In this document: positions 29,594 to 40,088 of the stretch, in pieces
Layout: each line of letters begins with the position of its first letter
Numbering within the stretch: position 1 is the stretch's first letter
Translations under genes and position numbers: made by a program
Notes under the pieces: generated by a model
Databases searched by the model: none
The model's input: only the letters and a program-made list of their open reading frames with translations
What the model was told of the DNA's origin: nothing
Origin: a virus
Taxonomy: Duplodnaviria; Caudoviricetes
Length of the DNA: 53,022 nucleotides
Virus record (IMG/VR): IMGVR_UViG_3300044611_000205
Coordinates: 1 to 53,022 of that record
Strand: one strand, 5' to 3'

Positions 29594-32500
29594 TTAAACT
29601 GGTTTAGCAAAACTTGTGTCCCATATTACGTCAGAAATGACATCTACGCCTTCATATGAAATTATAATTGATGAAGGATCGTTAATTGTTATGCTAGAAG
29701 TTCCTAAATAAGAAGATGTTAGCCTTTTTCCATCTAAATTAGAAACAATAGGACTCCTTACGGAGGTTGGAGAGTATACTCCTTCCCACTCAAATGGTGT
29801 CCAATCTACCCATTCGTGATCAAGGGTAACTATTTCTCCATCAACAATGGCCTGATAATTTCTTACTTCTTGCCATAGCCTTGCTTGTATATCCTGGCTA
29901 AACAAGAATGAAGTTTTTTGAAAAGTTGCAAAATTGTTATATAAAAATCCTTCATAAAATTCTAATTGTCCTACTGCTGAAGTAAACTCAATTTCTTCTC
30001 CAAATGCTACAACTATTGAAGTCCATTTCATTGGGGTTATTATTGGATACTTTATTCTTTCTCCGTTTTGATAAAATACTATTGGATCATTTACAACGTT
30101 GACCAAATCAGTTGCTAATCCAGTGATTCCATCAAATGACTTTATTACTCCCCTTTTTCCACCATCTATAGGTTCTAAATAAAAATCATATATCTTGCTT
30201 TCACTTATAAATCTTCCTATTTTTTTAGTTTCTAATATCAAAGAGTCTTTATTGTACATACCCCAGAATTGAAAACCTGCTGCCGTGTATGAGTTTGATC
30301 TATTTGAATTGAATAATATTGAGAACCCTCTTTCAAGTTCTGTATCGTATGGAAGAAGTGATACTCCAGAATCTCCTGTTAAATATAGGTATGGAGTAGA
30401 CTCTTTATATATTCTAAAAGGATTTTTATCTTTATATAAATATACATTGTCATATTTTGATATAGGATATATAGATTCCCCAGAACTTGTATTTATAAAA
30501 AATAATTCTTTTTCGTCTTTACATACTGAAGCAATAGACATTTTTTTTAATGAAACTGATCTATCGTTTACCCTTTCGGATTTTATTTCTATGTGTATTG
30601 TAATATAATAATCTTCAAAATTAACAAGTTCTTTTGGTGGAAATATTATAGTTCCGTCTGTTACTTCAAACTTTGTTTCGATAACGTCTTCGGTATTATC
30701 AAAATCTAAAACCCTAGTATTGCTAAGAAATTCTGTATTAGAGTATTGAGAATATGGAACCTTTCCTACAGAAAATTTATCTTGAAGAGTTATGTATGTT
30801 TGTATATTTTCATTAATAAAATATTGAGCACTTGATGATGGGTTTGTTAAAACTGAAGAAGGGTATTCTATATTAAATTGAATCATATCTAAATCATAGT
30901 ATTTAGTACCATATTCTGTAGTTATTAGTTTTCCAAAATATGATAGTGGTATAGAGTCTTCCCAATATCCTGAGGAGCATATGTCCAATACAAAAGATGA
31001 GTCATCTTTTAAGGCTTTAAACGTATAACTTCCAACTATATCAAAATCTTCTTCTGTAGTAATTGAGTTGATAAACCCATCTTGAGATAATTTTGATTCT
31101 ATATTTTTAATAGTATAAAAAGTATTTTCAAAAGTTAGATAATAAAATTTTCCTAAAAATTGATTATTTTCTGTATTCAAAAGACTTATTGATAGATTCT
31201 GTGTATTAGAAAAAAAGTTTTTAACTATATCTTGCTTATACTTTACTACTCTATCAATGTTAAAACCTACAAAAAATGGATCATTTAAATTATAAGAATC
31301 TTCATGCAAAACCTCTCCATTGTAAATATACTTTATACCCTCTGAATCTATTGTTATGTCAAAATAACTATTGTTTGTTGAGTTATAGATATGAACTAAC
31401 ATCTGTGGTGACTCTGGCAACTCCTCACACTCAAATAGTCCATATATAGAAGATACCTTGTCAGATATTAATCCTATTTTTTCAAATTCTATAGATATTG
31501 AAACATCTGAATATCCTTCGTTTGGTCTAACTTTAAAAAATGCTGGAGAACCAGATTCTTGTATAAAAAAGTTATCAACAAAAATATTTGCATCTCTGGG
31601 TGCCTGAGTTCCTTGCCAAGTATAGTTTAGCCACTCTAACCAAGTCCTTAATTGAAATTCAGACCAGTCTCTAATATCAACTGAAGCAATAAAACTTTCT
31701 GCTTCTCCAGTTAGTTTTAACTCAGGTTTAATAAATTGTTTAAAACCTAAGAATTTTGAATTGGCATTAAGATTGTTAAAACTTCCAGCATTCCAAGGAT
31801 TCATATCTGGATAGTTTATTGTTGCAGAATAGTTTGCAAAGGGAAAATCTATAGCCATTGACTTTCCTCCAAAATTTTCTGATACTGAGTTTGATGGCAA
31901 AACTCCTTGAGCGTAAATAAATCTTTTCTTGGCTATTTGTTCAGAAACTGAATAAGGATAGATTGCAACACAATCTATTTCATAAGGACTAAGGTTTTCG
32001 TCACCATAAAATCCTATCCAATCCAAAGTAAAAGAAGGAAGTTCTATATTGTCTACATCTATATCTATACTTATTACGGGATCTCCATTTATAAGTAAAG
32101 ATATAACTCTTTGTGTATACCTTATGTCTATTAACATTGGTCTATACCATTTTCCTATAAAGTAAGACTTATTGTATTGTCCAACCTTTAAGGTTAAAAA
32201 TTCTTTATCTATGTATAAACCGTCTTTTGAAGATATTGGACCCATTATTCTTTTTTGTGTTAATTTTATAGGGTTTATTCTAATCCAAAATTCAAATGTT
32301 TGCTCTAAATATTTTCCTGACTCATTTAAAAATCCTTTTCCAGGCAATGCAATAGATGGAAGATTATCAGTTATCGGAGCATGTATTTCTGTAATATTAT
32401 CTGATCCATACAACATAGACATTCCGCTATTTGTAGCAAGTAATTTGTTTTGATCAATAAAAACATATCCGATATCAGAATCATCAAATCCGTATGGGTC

Positions 32501-33163
32501 TAACTGCAAAACCTTGTACCCTGAATCTGGAATGTAAAATTGAAAAAATTCTCCAGACAATTCTTGAGGTATAGATCCTTGTGAATAATTTAAATGTTGT
32601 TCTGACCATTGTCCTACAGCAATAGAGTTAATCATAACATCATAGTCTAAAGAGGATCCACCACTTATATAATTTATTTTAATAAATGGCATAATACTTA
32701 CTTCTTCATTTGGAATTGTAGATGTATATTGTATTTTTTGCCAAGGACCATTTCCTAAAGAATTTGTTATTATGCTATCTTTGTTTCCATTAGAGTATAA
32801 AAATCCAATTTCATACCCGTTTATAAGAGAACCATATTCCCAAACATAAGCAGAAATACTTATACTGTCTTTAGTTGTATCCAATTCTGAGTACTGTATG
32901 GAGGCCGAATGAATTTGTGAATAAGAAATGCTTCCAGACTGACTTCCTCTAATAACTGCACTTGGGCTCGTTTTAACTGGAAGATTTAGTGGAGTAAAAT
33001 ATTCGTTTAAAAATTCTGCTGAGTCATTTTCTATAATCCAATTTTGTGGATCAAGTTGACTTAAAGATAATAGGGATTTAAAATAGATAGGATCGTCTAG
33101 ACTCCATAATGCTAGTGGATGTTCTGCAAATACTCTTGAAGCATATAAATTAGATGTAGCCAT
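29594..33163 (-). CDS. Large putative virion structural protein (LamG/concanavalin-like segments)
   Basis: EHPLALWSLDD N-terminus, TFEFWIRI, beta-rich, 1189 aa. Confidence 0.55.
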   Translation of the reverse strand: MATSNLYASRVFAEHPLALWSLDDPIYFKSLLSLSQLDPQNWIIENDSAEFLNEYFTPLNLPVKTSPSAVIRGSQSGSISYSQIHSASIQYSELDTTKDSISISAYVWEYGSLINGYEIGFLYSNGNKDSIITNSLGNGPWQKIQYTSTIPNEEVSIMPFIKINYISGGSSLDYDVMINSIAVGQWSEQHLNYSQGSIPQELSGEFFQFYIPDSGYKVLQLDPYGFDDSDIGYVFIDQNKLLATNSGMSMLYGSDNITEIHAPITDNLPSIALPGKGFLNESGKYLEQTFEFWIRINPIKLTQKRIMGPISSKDGLYIDKEFLTLKVGQYNKSYFIGKWYRPMLIDIRYTQRVISLLINGDPVISIDIDVDNIELPSFTLDWIGFYGDENLSPYEIDCVAIYPYSVSEQIAKKRFIYAQGVLPSNSVSENFGGKSMAIDFPFANYSATINYPDMNPWNAGSFNNLNANSKFLGFKQFIKPELKLTGEAESFIASVDIRDWSEFQLRTWLEWLNYTWQGTQAPRDANIFVDNFFIQESGSPAFFKVRPNEGYSDVSISIEFEKIGLISDKVSSIYGLFECEELPESPQMLVHIYNSTNNSYFDITIDSEGIKYIYNGEVLHEDSYNLNDPFFVGFNIDRVVKYKQDIVKNFFSNTQNLSISLLNTENNQFLGKFYYLTFENTFYTIKNIESKLSQDGFINSITTEEDFDIVGSYTFKALKDDSSFVLDICSSGYWEDSIPLSYFGKLITTEYGTKYYDLDMIQFNIEYPSSVLTNPSSSAQYFINENIQTYITLQDKFSVGKVPYSQYSNTEFLSNTRVLDFDNTEDVIETKFEVTDGTIIFPPKELVNFEDYYITIHIEIKSERVNDRSVSLKKMSIASVCKDEKELFFINTSSGESIYPISKYDNVYLYKDKNPFRIYKESTPYLYLTGDSGVSLLPYDTELERGFSILFNSNRSNSYTAAGFQFWGMYNKDSLILETKKIGRFISESKIYDFYLEPIDGGKRGVIKSFDGITGLATDLVNVVNDPIVFYQNGERIKYPIITPMKWTSIVVAFGEEIEFTSAVGQLEFYEGFLYNNFATFQKTSFLFSQDIQARLWQEVRNYQAIVDGEIVTLDHEWVDWTPFEWEGVYSPTSVRSPIVSNLDGKRLTSSYLGTSSITINDPSSIIISYEGVDVISDVIWDTSFAKPV

Positions 33164-33188
33164 TAGACCTCTACTCTATTTTATCATG

Positions 33189-35132
33189 CTAAGACTTTAC
33201 AATGTCAACTATTTCGCATTCTCCTGCAACACACGATAATTCTTGAGTTCCAGTAGTCCCATCTTCTTTTTCGTAAACCGATAGCATTTCCCACTGAATA
33301 TTAGAAGGAGACTTTTTAACCCAATCTTCATATTCTTCTTTAGAAATTTCTTGATATGGGGCTTGCTTGTAGGTGTGTTCACTTGCTGGTAAAAACGATA
33401 CCCCACCAATTGAGTCAAAGTTATCAAATACCCATGCACCTACTCTTAGCCATTCATCTTCGTGAACATTGATTGTAACGCTAGGGTTGTGCTCTGTCCA
33501 ATAGGTTCTATATGTTTTCCACATTTCTAGATGATCTATGGCTGTTAAGTCTTTTGTTATTGTTGCATTTTTTGGAGCCTTTTGAGGAAAATAAAATACT
33601 GTAGTTTCATCAGGCTTCATAACATCTGGCTCATTTGGAATTCCAGAATCTTTTAAGAATTGTGTTAATGGATCATTATTTGAACCACGAACACTTCTAA
33701 TGTAATACTCTGAATACCACGGATGAATTCCGCTAGACACCCCGACCAGTTGACTTACAGTGCCAGAAGGCTTAACACAAGTAATTGATACAGAAGGGTT
33801 GATGTTTAATTTCTTTGCTTCATCATTATTAACCTTAACTGATTCTAATCTCATGTCAGTCAACAACTGCTCTAATGCTTTTCCTGCTGTTGAAGTTATT
33901 TTATTGCCATATATTCCAGTTAAAGAAACTCCCAGCAATCTTTCTTCTTCGCAATTATCTTTCCATGCTTTACGAAGATATTTAAAATTAGTTAATGTTG
34001 ATTGCCAAGTTCCAAGAATTGTAGCAAGTCTAACTTTTTCTAGTAAATCTTCCTTAGTATCTTCTGCTGATATAACTACCTCTGTTAAGTTACAAAACTC
34101 ATTTGCACGAAGAATAATTTCTCCACATGGATTTGTTCCAGCAATTTGAGTTATGTCTCTACGTCCAAATGACTCTACGTGTTTACGTACTGAGTCCATG
34201 TTGTAGATACCTCTTTCTCCTGACTTTGATTCATAAAGATTTCTCCACTCACGTAAGAACTGTGCAGTATTTGGCTTTGAGTTGTAAACAGCAGAATTGT
34301 TTGCCAAAGATCTTTGTGTTTGTGTTTCCCACCAAGATCCACTTTTTGCTTTTGCCATTTCAAAATCATCAAGGTTTGAAAGACTAATTAAAGCACTTCT
34401 TCGTACTCCACCAACTACGACAACTTCTCCAACCTTACACATTAAGTCGTGTGCTTCAATTGGTTTTAGTCTACGTCCAGCAGCATTTTTAAATGTATCT
34501 GTTGTAAATGTAAACAATGCACTAAGAGGTCCTGGACCAGAAGCACGCCCACCAAAAGTTTTTAATCTTGCTCCAGATGGTCTAACTTTGGACATGTCCC
34601 ATTTTGGAATTTGTCCTTGAGATAAAAGTGCTATTAATTCTTTAAATGCTTTTGCCCATCCAAGTTTAGAGTCTTCTACAACTATTGTTGTCTCGGTTTG
34701 ATTAAAAGATTCTGAGATTGTAGGAAGTTCGTCTACGTATTTTGACTCTACTGAAAATCCCACTCCTGTTCCATTCATTAAAACATACATTGCTTCATCA
34801 AATGCACGTAGGCTATCTACGGCGATAAATGAGCAGTTATAGGCTGCAATATGATCACGTTCTAATGCTGGTCCAGCAGTCATCAATGCTCTCATTGAAG
34901 GCATGATTCTGTGGTTTAAAATAGCGTCTTTGACTTCATCAAAAATTTTAGCATTTGGGCTATATCCATAATTTAATACTAGGTGATCTTTCATAAAATT
35001 GATATATCGACTAACTGTTTCTACCCAAGTTTCTCTTCTATTCTTTTCTTCTATCCACCTTGCATACCTTGAAATATGTATAAAATTTTTATAAGAATCT
35101 GCTATAGACCCATTTTCATTAATAAATGACAT
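33189..35132 (-). CDS. nrdJ: Class II (adenosylcobalamin-dependent) ribonucleotide reductase
   Basis: PSMRAL, YNCSF, TNPCGEI, FCNLTEV, KPSGT, C-terminal CVAGEC. Confidence 0.93.
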   Translation of the reverse strand: MSFINENGSIADSYKNFIHISRYARWIEEKNRRETWVETVSRYINFMKDHLVLNYGYSPNAKIFDEVKDAILNHRIMPSMRALMTAGPALERDHIAAYNCSFIAVDSLRAFDEAMYVLMNGTGVGFSVESKYVDELPTISESFNQTETTIVVEDSKLGWAKAFKELIALLSQGQIPKWDMSKVRPSGARLKTFGGRASGPGPLSALFTFTTDTFKNAAGRRLKPIEAHDLMCKVGEVVVVGGVRRSALISLSNLDDFEMAKAKSGSWWETQTQRSLANNSAVYNSKPNTAQFLREWRNLYESKSGERGIYNMDSVRKHVESFGRRDITQIAGTNPCGEIILRANEFCNLTEVVISAEDTKEDLLEKVRLATILGTWQSTLTNFKYLRKAWKDNCEEERLLGVSLTGIYGNKITSTAGKALEQLLTDMRLESVKVNNDEAKKLNINPSVSITCVKPSGTVSQLVGVSSGIHPWYSEYYIRSVRGSNNDPLTQFLKDSGIPNEPDVMKPDETTVFYFPQKAPKNATITKDLTAIDHLEMWKTYRTYWTEHNPSVTINVHEDEWLRVGAWVFDNFDSIGGVSFLPASEHTYKQAPYQEISKEEYEDWVKKSPSNIQWEMLSVYEKEDGTTGTQELSCVAGECEIVDIVKS

Positions 35133-35202
35133 TAAATTACAACTCCTGATTTTTTTATTTGTGAGATAATAGTATTGTACACTACTTTACAAGAGGGGTC
35201 AA

Positions 35203-35427
35203 ATGGACTTATCGGTACAAGAAATAAATTTTTATAACAGCCTATGTGATCTGGGAATAGCACAAAAAATAGAATGTGTCTTTGATACCAATGACATTAT
35301 AATTACAAAAATTGATGAAAACAATAATCCTTATTTTTACTGTATCACCTGTAATACCAAATATGATATAGGAACAAATACTATAGAAAAAATAAAAAAA
35401 ACTATTGACAACTATTTATCCAGATGA
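35203..35427 (+). CDS. Small Cys-containing hypothetical protein (zinc-ribbon-like)
   Basis: AGAGGGG RBS; C...CITC. Confidence 0.6.
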   Translation: MDLSVQEINFYNSLCDLGIAQKIECVFDTNDIIITKIDENNNPYFYCITCNTKYDIGTNTIEKIKKTIDNYLSR

Positions 35428-35433
35428 TAACAT
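35405..35433 (+). promoter_or_regulatory. Sigma70/SigA-type promoter TTGACA-17-(TG)TAACAT
   Basis: Consensus -35, 17-nt spacer, extended -10; points into a non-coding AT-rich tract. Confidence 0.6.
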
Positions 35434-35437
35434 TAAT

Positions 35438-35590
35438 GGGTGGTAGGGTGGGAATAGATTAAATATATATAATAATAATATATATAATATTAAATATATT
35501 AAAGATATATATATATTTATCAATAGCACATAATTTAATAAATGTCAAATATAACAATTAGTTATAAATAGTTGATTTTGTATAATAAAA
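35438..35590. other. G-tract followed by a very AT-rich non-coding region; candidate replication origin
   Basis: GGGTGGTAGGGTGGG followed by ~65 nt of almost pure A/T with ATATAT runs. Confidence 0.4.
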
Positions 35591-35600
35591 GGGTTATACT
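35572..35600 (+). promoter_or_regulatory. Promoter TTGATT-17-TATACT for the transglycosylase
   Basis: Correct spacing; AAGGAGG RBS follows. Confidence 0.6.
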
Positions 35601-35640
35601 AGTAAGGTATCTAAAAATCTCTTCTTCAAGGAGGTAACTT

Positions 35641-36150
35641 ATGAAGAAAGTATTATTAGCATTAATTGTTTTTATTATTTCAGGAACATACTCAAATTAT
35701 ATAGATAGACATAGTCCAATTTATACCGCCGAACCTTTGGTGGCTGTCCAAGAAGGACAAGCCACCTTTAGTCCTTTAAAAGGGGTTTTAGAGGCTCGTG
35801 AGAGCAATGCTGAGGTTGCTGCTAGGTCTAAGGCTAAATTTAGTGATCCTAGGTCTCAGAAAGCCATATTGGCTTATCAGCATTATATGAAAGAAAATGT
35901 TCCAGCCCAAGAACTCTCATGTTATTTTAATATTGTAGACAAAGAATCAAGATGGAATCCTATTGCACAAAACCCTAAATCAACTGCATTTGGAATTGGT
36001 CAATTTTTAAATAGCACTTGGGGATTGGTCGATAGTAAAAAAACTGAAAATCCATATGCTCAAATTGATGCAATGATAAAATATGTTAATTTAATATATG
36101 GTGATGGATGTCAAGCATGGGACTTTAAAAAACATAAAGGCTGGTATTAA
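35641..36150 (+). CDS. Secreted/membrane-anchored lytic transglycosylase (SLT-like, actinobacterial type)
   Basis: N-terminal hydrophobic signal; KESRWNPIAQNPKSTAFGIGQ catalytic motif; YG.GC.AW....GWY C-terminus. Confidence 0.85.
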   Translation: MKKVLLALIVFIISGTYSNYIDRHSPIYTAEPLVAVQEGQATFSPLKGVLEARESNAEVAARSKAKFSDPRSQKAILAYQHYMKENVPAQELSCYFNIVDKESRWNPIAQNPKSTAFGIGQFLNSTWGLVDSKKTENPYAQIDAMIKYVNLIYGDGCQAWDFKKHKGWY

Positions 36151-37238
36151 AGTTCTTTAATTTGTTTAAAAACCTTATCCCATTCAGGACCTCTTGCTTC
36201 TAATGAATGATATTGTTTTACTAATTGATAATTTTTTTGTCTTTCAATATTTCTAACTTTTTGATTTCTTAATTCTTCTAAATGACCTAACCATTCATCT
36301 TCAGTATTTGCTACTCTACCAATTCCATATTCTTCATATAAAAACTTATACTCTTCTATATTTTCAGATATAAAAGGAATACCAGATGCAGCATATTCTA
36401 ATCCTTTTATAAAAGATTTTGCTCTATTAAATTCAACATGTCTTAATGGAACTAACCCAATATCTATTTTTTTAAATAAATCTTTATAGTCTAATATTGG
36501 TTTCATTGGTTGAGAAGTAAATAGTTTTTCAGGAATTCCCATTTGTTGTTGAACAGTAGGTGCATTTTTAATTGCCCCAGAATGATGAAATCTCCATTTA
36601 TTTTTTTCTAAAAATTTTCCTATAAATGGGTTTAAAGTCTCAAGATCGCCAGAACGCCATAATGTTGCACCAACCCATCCAAGAGTTGGGTGATATCCAG
36701 ATTTATCTTTTCTCATAGAAAAATGTTGCATATCTACTGAATTTCTTACTAAGAATATAGGTTTTCCAGGATACTTATTTTCATAAAATTGTTTTAAGAA
36801 TGGACTAGATACTATCAAAGCATCTGCTAATTCCATACCCTTAAAATAATGATCTCTATTATTCTTAGGGTTAGTAGCAGGATCTGTTGACTTATATGCC
36901 ATATTCGTGACCTCTAAGCCTTCATGAAAATCATCTACATCTATTACTATTTTTTGACCCTTTTCTTTTGCTTCTGGTATATGATTTACAATCTTTTCAA
37001 GCATCATTAATTTTAATACAACTATGTCCCAACCGTGAATTGCTTTTTTGTCTGGAACTAATAATCCAAATTTATAATCTTTATGAAATGCTGGAAAGCC
37101 CATTCCAACTTCCCAACCATGTTTTTTTAATTCTTGCATAGGAAGAAAACATCTATACCAAGCACACCCATTAGGTTGTAAAGGTCTTGTTCCCCAAGAC
37201 CAATCATAAGTTAAAAAAGTAACTGTAGGTTTTGCCAT
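36147..37238 (-). CDS. Glycosyltransferase (GT-B, GT4-like)
   Basis: WYR...P, IDVDD, GWVG, DIGLVPL...FN.AKS.IK.LEY.A.GIP. Confidence 0.88.
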   Translation of the reverse strand: MAKPTVTFLTYDWSWGTRPLQPNGCAWYRCFLPMQELKKHGWEVGMGFPAFHKDYKFGLLVPDKKAIHGWDIVVLKLMMLEKIVNHIPEAKEKGQKIVIDVDDFHEGLEVTNMAYKSTDPATNPKNNRDHYFKGMELADALIVSSPFLKQFYENKYPGKPIFLVRNSVDMQHFSMRKDKSGYHPTLGWVGATLWRSGDLETLNPFIGKFLEKNKWRFHHSGAIKNAPTVQQQMGIPEKLFTSQPMKPILDYKDLFKKIDIGLVPLRHVEFNRAKSFIKGLEYAASGIPFISENIEEYKFLYEEYGIGRVANTEDEWLGHLEELRNQKVRNIERQKNYQLVKQYHSLEARGPEWDKVFKQIKEL

Positions 37239-37254
37239 TTTATCTTTTCATTAA

Positions 37255-37281
37255 GAAAGTGGGCGGAAATAAACCGCCCAC
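37255..37281 (-). terminator. Hairpin/intrinsic terminator after holin
   Basis: Perfect 8-bp stem GTGGGCGG/CCGCCCAC followed by TTTCTT. Confidence 0.65.
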
Positions 37282-37295
37282 CAACTGCGTAATAC

Positions 37296-37529
37296 TTATT
37301 TTTTCTTTTTGGCTACTTCTTGATTGATGCCAAATTTTGTATCTCTTGGATTAACTGCACGAATAACTACCCATGCTGCTGCAGATAGTGCTGAATTGAG
37401 AATTGTTCCCAATGCGTCTCCAGTTAGTGTAGATACGTCTGCACCTGAAGCAGTAAATTGTGTAATCAAAGCGATTACAAAAGCGTTAAGTGCTGACTCT
37501 AACACTTTTTTATTTAGTAATGATTCCAT
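37296..37529 (-). CDS. Putative holin (77 aa)
   Basis: AAAGGAGG RBS; two hydrophobic helices, R.VNP.D..FG motif, basic C-terminus. Confidence 0.65.
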   Translation of the reverse strand: MESLLNKKVLESALNAFVIALITQFTASGADVSTLTGDALGTILNSALSAAAWVVIRAVNPRDTKFGINQEVAKKKK

Positions 37530-37583
37530 TGATTGTCCTCCTTTAAGAACATCGATTATATTATTGTACACCCTAAGAACAAC

Positions 37584-38174
37584 CTATGTCAACTGTTTAT
37601 ACCAAAACCCTGGAGACATATATTTTATTCCTTTTGTGACAATCTTAGATTGATGAAAATATGGTGCTACTGAAGGAAATACCGCAATGCTTCCAGCAGA
37701 TGGTTTTATATTGATATTTTGTTGGGGAAAAAATAAATTTCCTCCTTCATAATCATCATTTAGATACAATACTACTGACAATACTGGAGATCTATCATCT
37801 CCATATGAATCAATATGAGGACCCATTTCTTTTCCAGTAGAATACTTACTAATAGATATTGGAGTTAAATATCCTATATCTATATTGTGAAATAAAGAAT
37901 AGTCTTTAGATGCTGTTAAAATTGCATTTTTTATTTTATTATTTATAGATGTTAATTCTTTATTTACCTCATTATCTATTGAAGGATTTATAGATTTTTG
38001 ATATCCAAAATCATAGGAATCATCACTAGCAGTCCATTTTTTCCATTTTGTGATGCTAGTATTTTCATTTAACAAAGAATCAGTTTCTTCTATGTTTTTA
38101 ATAAGTTCATAAGGATCTTCTATAACATTTTCATAAAAATGTATATTTTCATAAGTAGTTAATTTATAATTCAT
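37584..38174 (-). CDS. 2OG-Fe(II) oxygenase (prolyl 4-hydroxylase-like)
   Basis: HID...YLNDDYEGG.L.F...H...KY. Confidence 0.9.
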   Translation of the reverse strand: MNYKLTTYENIHFYENVIEDPYELIKNIEETDSLLNENTSITKWKKWTASDDSYDFGYQKSINPSIDNEVNKELTSINNKIKNAILTASKDYSLFHNIDIGYLTPISISKYSTGKEMGPHIDSYGDDRSPVLSVVLYLNDDYEGGNLFFPQQNINIKPSAGSIAVFPSVAPYFHQSKIVTKGIKYMSPGFWYKQLT

Positions 38175-38189
38175 AATAGTCCAATTGTA

Positions 38190-38804
38190 TCAAAACCAGT
38201 ACCCAGTTACTACGTACTTTATTCCAGATCTTATTAGATTTGGTTGATGATAAAATGGCTCTGTAGATGGGTATATTAATATGCTACCAGACAATGGTTT
38301 TATTAATACCTTTTGCTTTCTAAACAACATTTCTCCACCCTCAAAATTGTCATTTAAAAATACAACTACTGAAAATTTTGCAGAGTCTTTTAATCCGTGT
38401 GAGTCTACGTGAGGACCAGTATGTTTTCCTGGATAGCACTTGCTTATTAGTAGATCTTTTAAATTATTTATTGAAACATTGTGTGTATTTGAATAGTGTT
38501 CTGATGATTTTAAAATTAAATCATATAGTTTGTTTTTAACATAGTTAATTTCTTTATTATCACTATTAATATTTTTTATAGTCTTTTCTTCACTAAATTC
38601 GTATGTTGGATAGGTATTAGGCTCTTGGGTTAAATCATGACCTAAGGTACTAGACCAAGACCATTTAGTTACAACATCATTTTCTATAGAATTATTGTCT
38701 TCTATAATATCAATAATTTTTTGTGAATCATTAATTATATTTTTATAATAATGAATTCTTTCATTTTGAACAAGACAATCTTTTATATCTATAATTGATT
38801 CCAT
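38190..38804 (-). CDS. 2OG-Fe(II) oxygenase (prolyl 4-hydroxylase-like)
   Basis: HVD...FLNDNFEGGE...H...KY. Confidence 0.9.
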   Translation of the reverse strand: MESIIDIKDCLVQNERIHYYKNIINDSQKIIDIIEDNNSIENDVVTKWSWSSTLGHDLTQEPNTYPTYEFSEEKTIKNINSDNKEINYVKNKLYDLILKSSEHYSNTHNVSINNLKDLLISKCYPGKHTGPHVDSHGLKDSAKFSVVVFLNDNFEGGEMLFRKQKVLIKPLSGSILIYPSTEPFYHQPNLIRSGIKYVVTGYWF

Positions 38805-39397
38805 ATTAACTCTTCTTCCTCATTAACCTCATAACTTTTAATATCCCACCAAGAAACTATAGTATATCTAGTTTTGCTGTTTACTCTTGAAACTCCATGT
38901 ATATTTTCATGATTTCCTGGAAATGTAACTATTGATCCAGTTTTTGGTTTTATTTCAATACCATGCTGCGTAAAATAAAGATTTCCCCCGTCGTAGTCAT
39001 CATTTAAATATAATATAACAGTATATTTATTTGAACTATTTTCATTCTCATTACCATATAAGTCACTAGTATCAGAATGTGGCTCTACCATTCCACCCAC
39101 ATCCCACTTTTGAGCATGATAAGTAACACCTATAAAGTTTTCATTAAAACTTTCTTCAACAACTTTTTTAAATTTATGATGTAATTGTTGAAAAAAATCT
39201 TTTGATAAGTTAAAAGATTCTAAATTTTTATCATATAAAGATATAGGCATTCCATAGCATTCTGTAAAACTACTATTAAATATAGACCACCTTTCAGATT
39301 GAAAGTCTAAATATTTAATTATGTTTTTACATTCATCTTTAGAGATAAAGTTTTTTACCTCTAAAACATCTTTTTTATGATAAAAATAATCTTTCAC
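38789..39397 (-). CDS. 2OG-Fe(II) oxygenase (prolyl 4-hydroxylase-like)
   Basis: HSD...YLNDDYDGG...HGV...RY. Confidence 0.9.
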   Translation of the reverse strand: MKDYFYHKKDVLEVKNFISKDECKNIIKYLDFQSERWSIFNSSFTECYGMPISLYDKNLESFNLSKDFFQQLHHKFKKVVEESFNENFIGVTYHAQKWDVGGMVEPHSDTSDLYGNENENSSNKYTVILYLNDDYDGGNLYFTQHGIEIKPKTGSIVTFPGNHENIHGVSRVNSKTRYTIVSWWDIKSYEVNEEEELIWNQL

Positions 39398-39404
39398 TAT
39401 TTTC

Positions 39405-40088
39405 CTATGCGTATTTATTACCCTTTAGCCATTCTTCTCTTTGTTTTTCTTGTTGTTTTCTAATTTCTGTTTCTTCATCTTTCCATTTTTTAATTGTTTC
39501 TTCATCATATTGAGCATCTGCATAATCCCAGAAAGATACCATAGTATATCTAGTTCCTTTTGTAATTTCAGATACTCCGTGAATATTTTCATGTCCCCCA
39601 GGAAACATTATAAATTGTCCTGCTTGTGGTTTAAATTTAACTCCATGTTTTGGAAAATATAACTCTCCACCTTCATAATCATTATTTAAGTATAAAATTC
39701 CTACGTACTTATTAATTTCAAAAGCATTAGGATTTCCATCATGATCTGAGTTATCTGAGTGTGGTGCAGCAAAACCTCCAACATCCCACTTTTGTGCGTG
39801 TGAGGTATTTGGTTTTAGTTCTCTTTCAAAAAACATTTCACAAGTTTCTTTAAACCTATCTCTAAGATTCTCAAAAAAATTGGGTTCTAAGCCTAGTTTT
39901 TCAAGGGTAGGGTCAGTTGGTGCCAAACCCATGCCAAGAGAGCCGTAGAAGGCTATAGGGCCCCATATACCAGCCTGCTGTTCAAAGTACTTAATCATTG
40001 CCTTTGCCGTATCTTCTGATACAAAGTCATTGGCAGAAGCAATATCATGTTTATAATATTGCAATTCATCTTTTTTATATTTATTCAT
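39405..40088 (-). CDS. 2OG-Fe(II) oxygenase (prolyl 4-hydroxylase-like)
   Basis: HSD...YLNNDYEGGE...HGV...RY. Confidence 0.9.
   Translation of the reverse strand: MNKYKKDELQYYKHDIASANDFVSEDTAKAMIKYFEQQAGIWGPIAFYGSLGMGLAPTDPTLEKLGLEPNFFENLRDRFKETCEMFFERELKPNTSHAQKWDVGGFAAPHSDNSDHDGNPNAFEINKYVGILYLNNDYEGGELYFPKHGVKFKPQAGQFIMFPGGHENIHGVSEITKGTRYTMVSFWDYADAQYDEETIKKWKDEETEIRKQQEKQREEWLKGNKYA

Noticed and set aside
35436-35462. Micro-ORF MGGRVGID
   Set aside because: Only eight codons, no SD, and the ATG is too close to the -10 to be within the predicted transcript.
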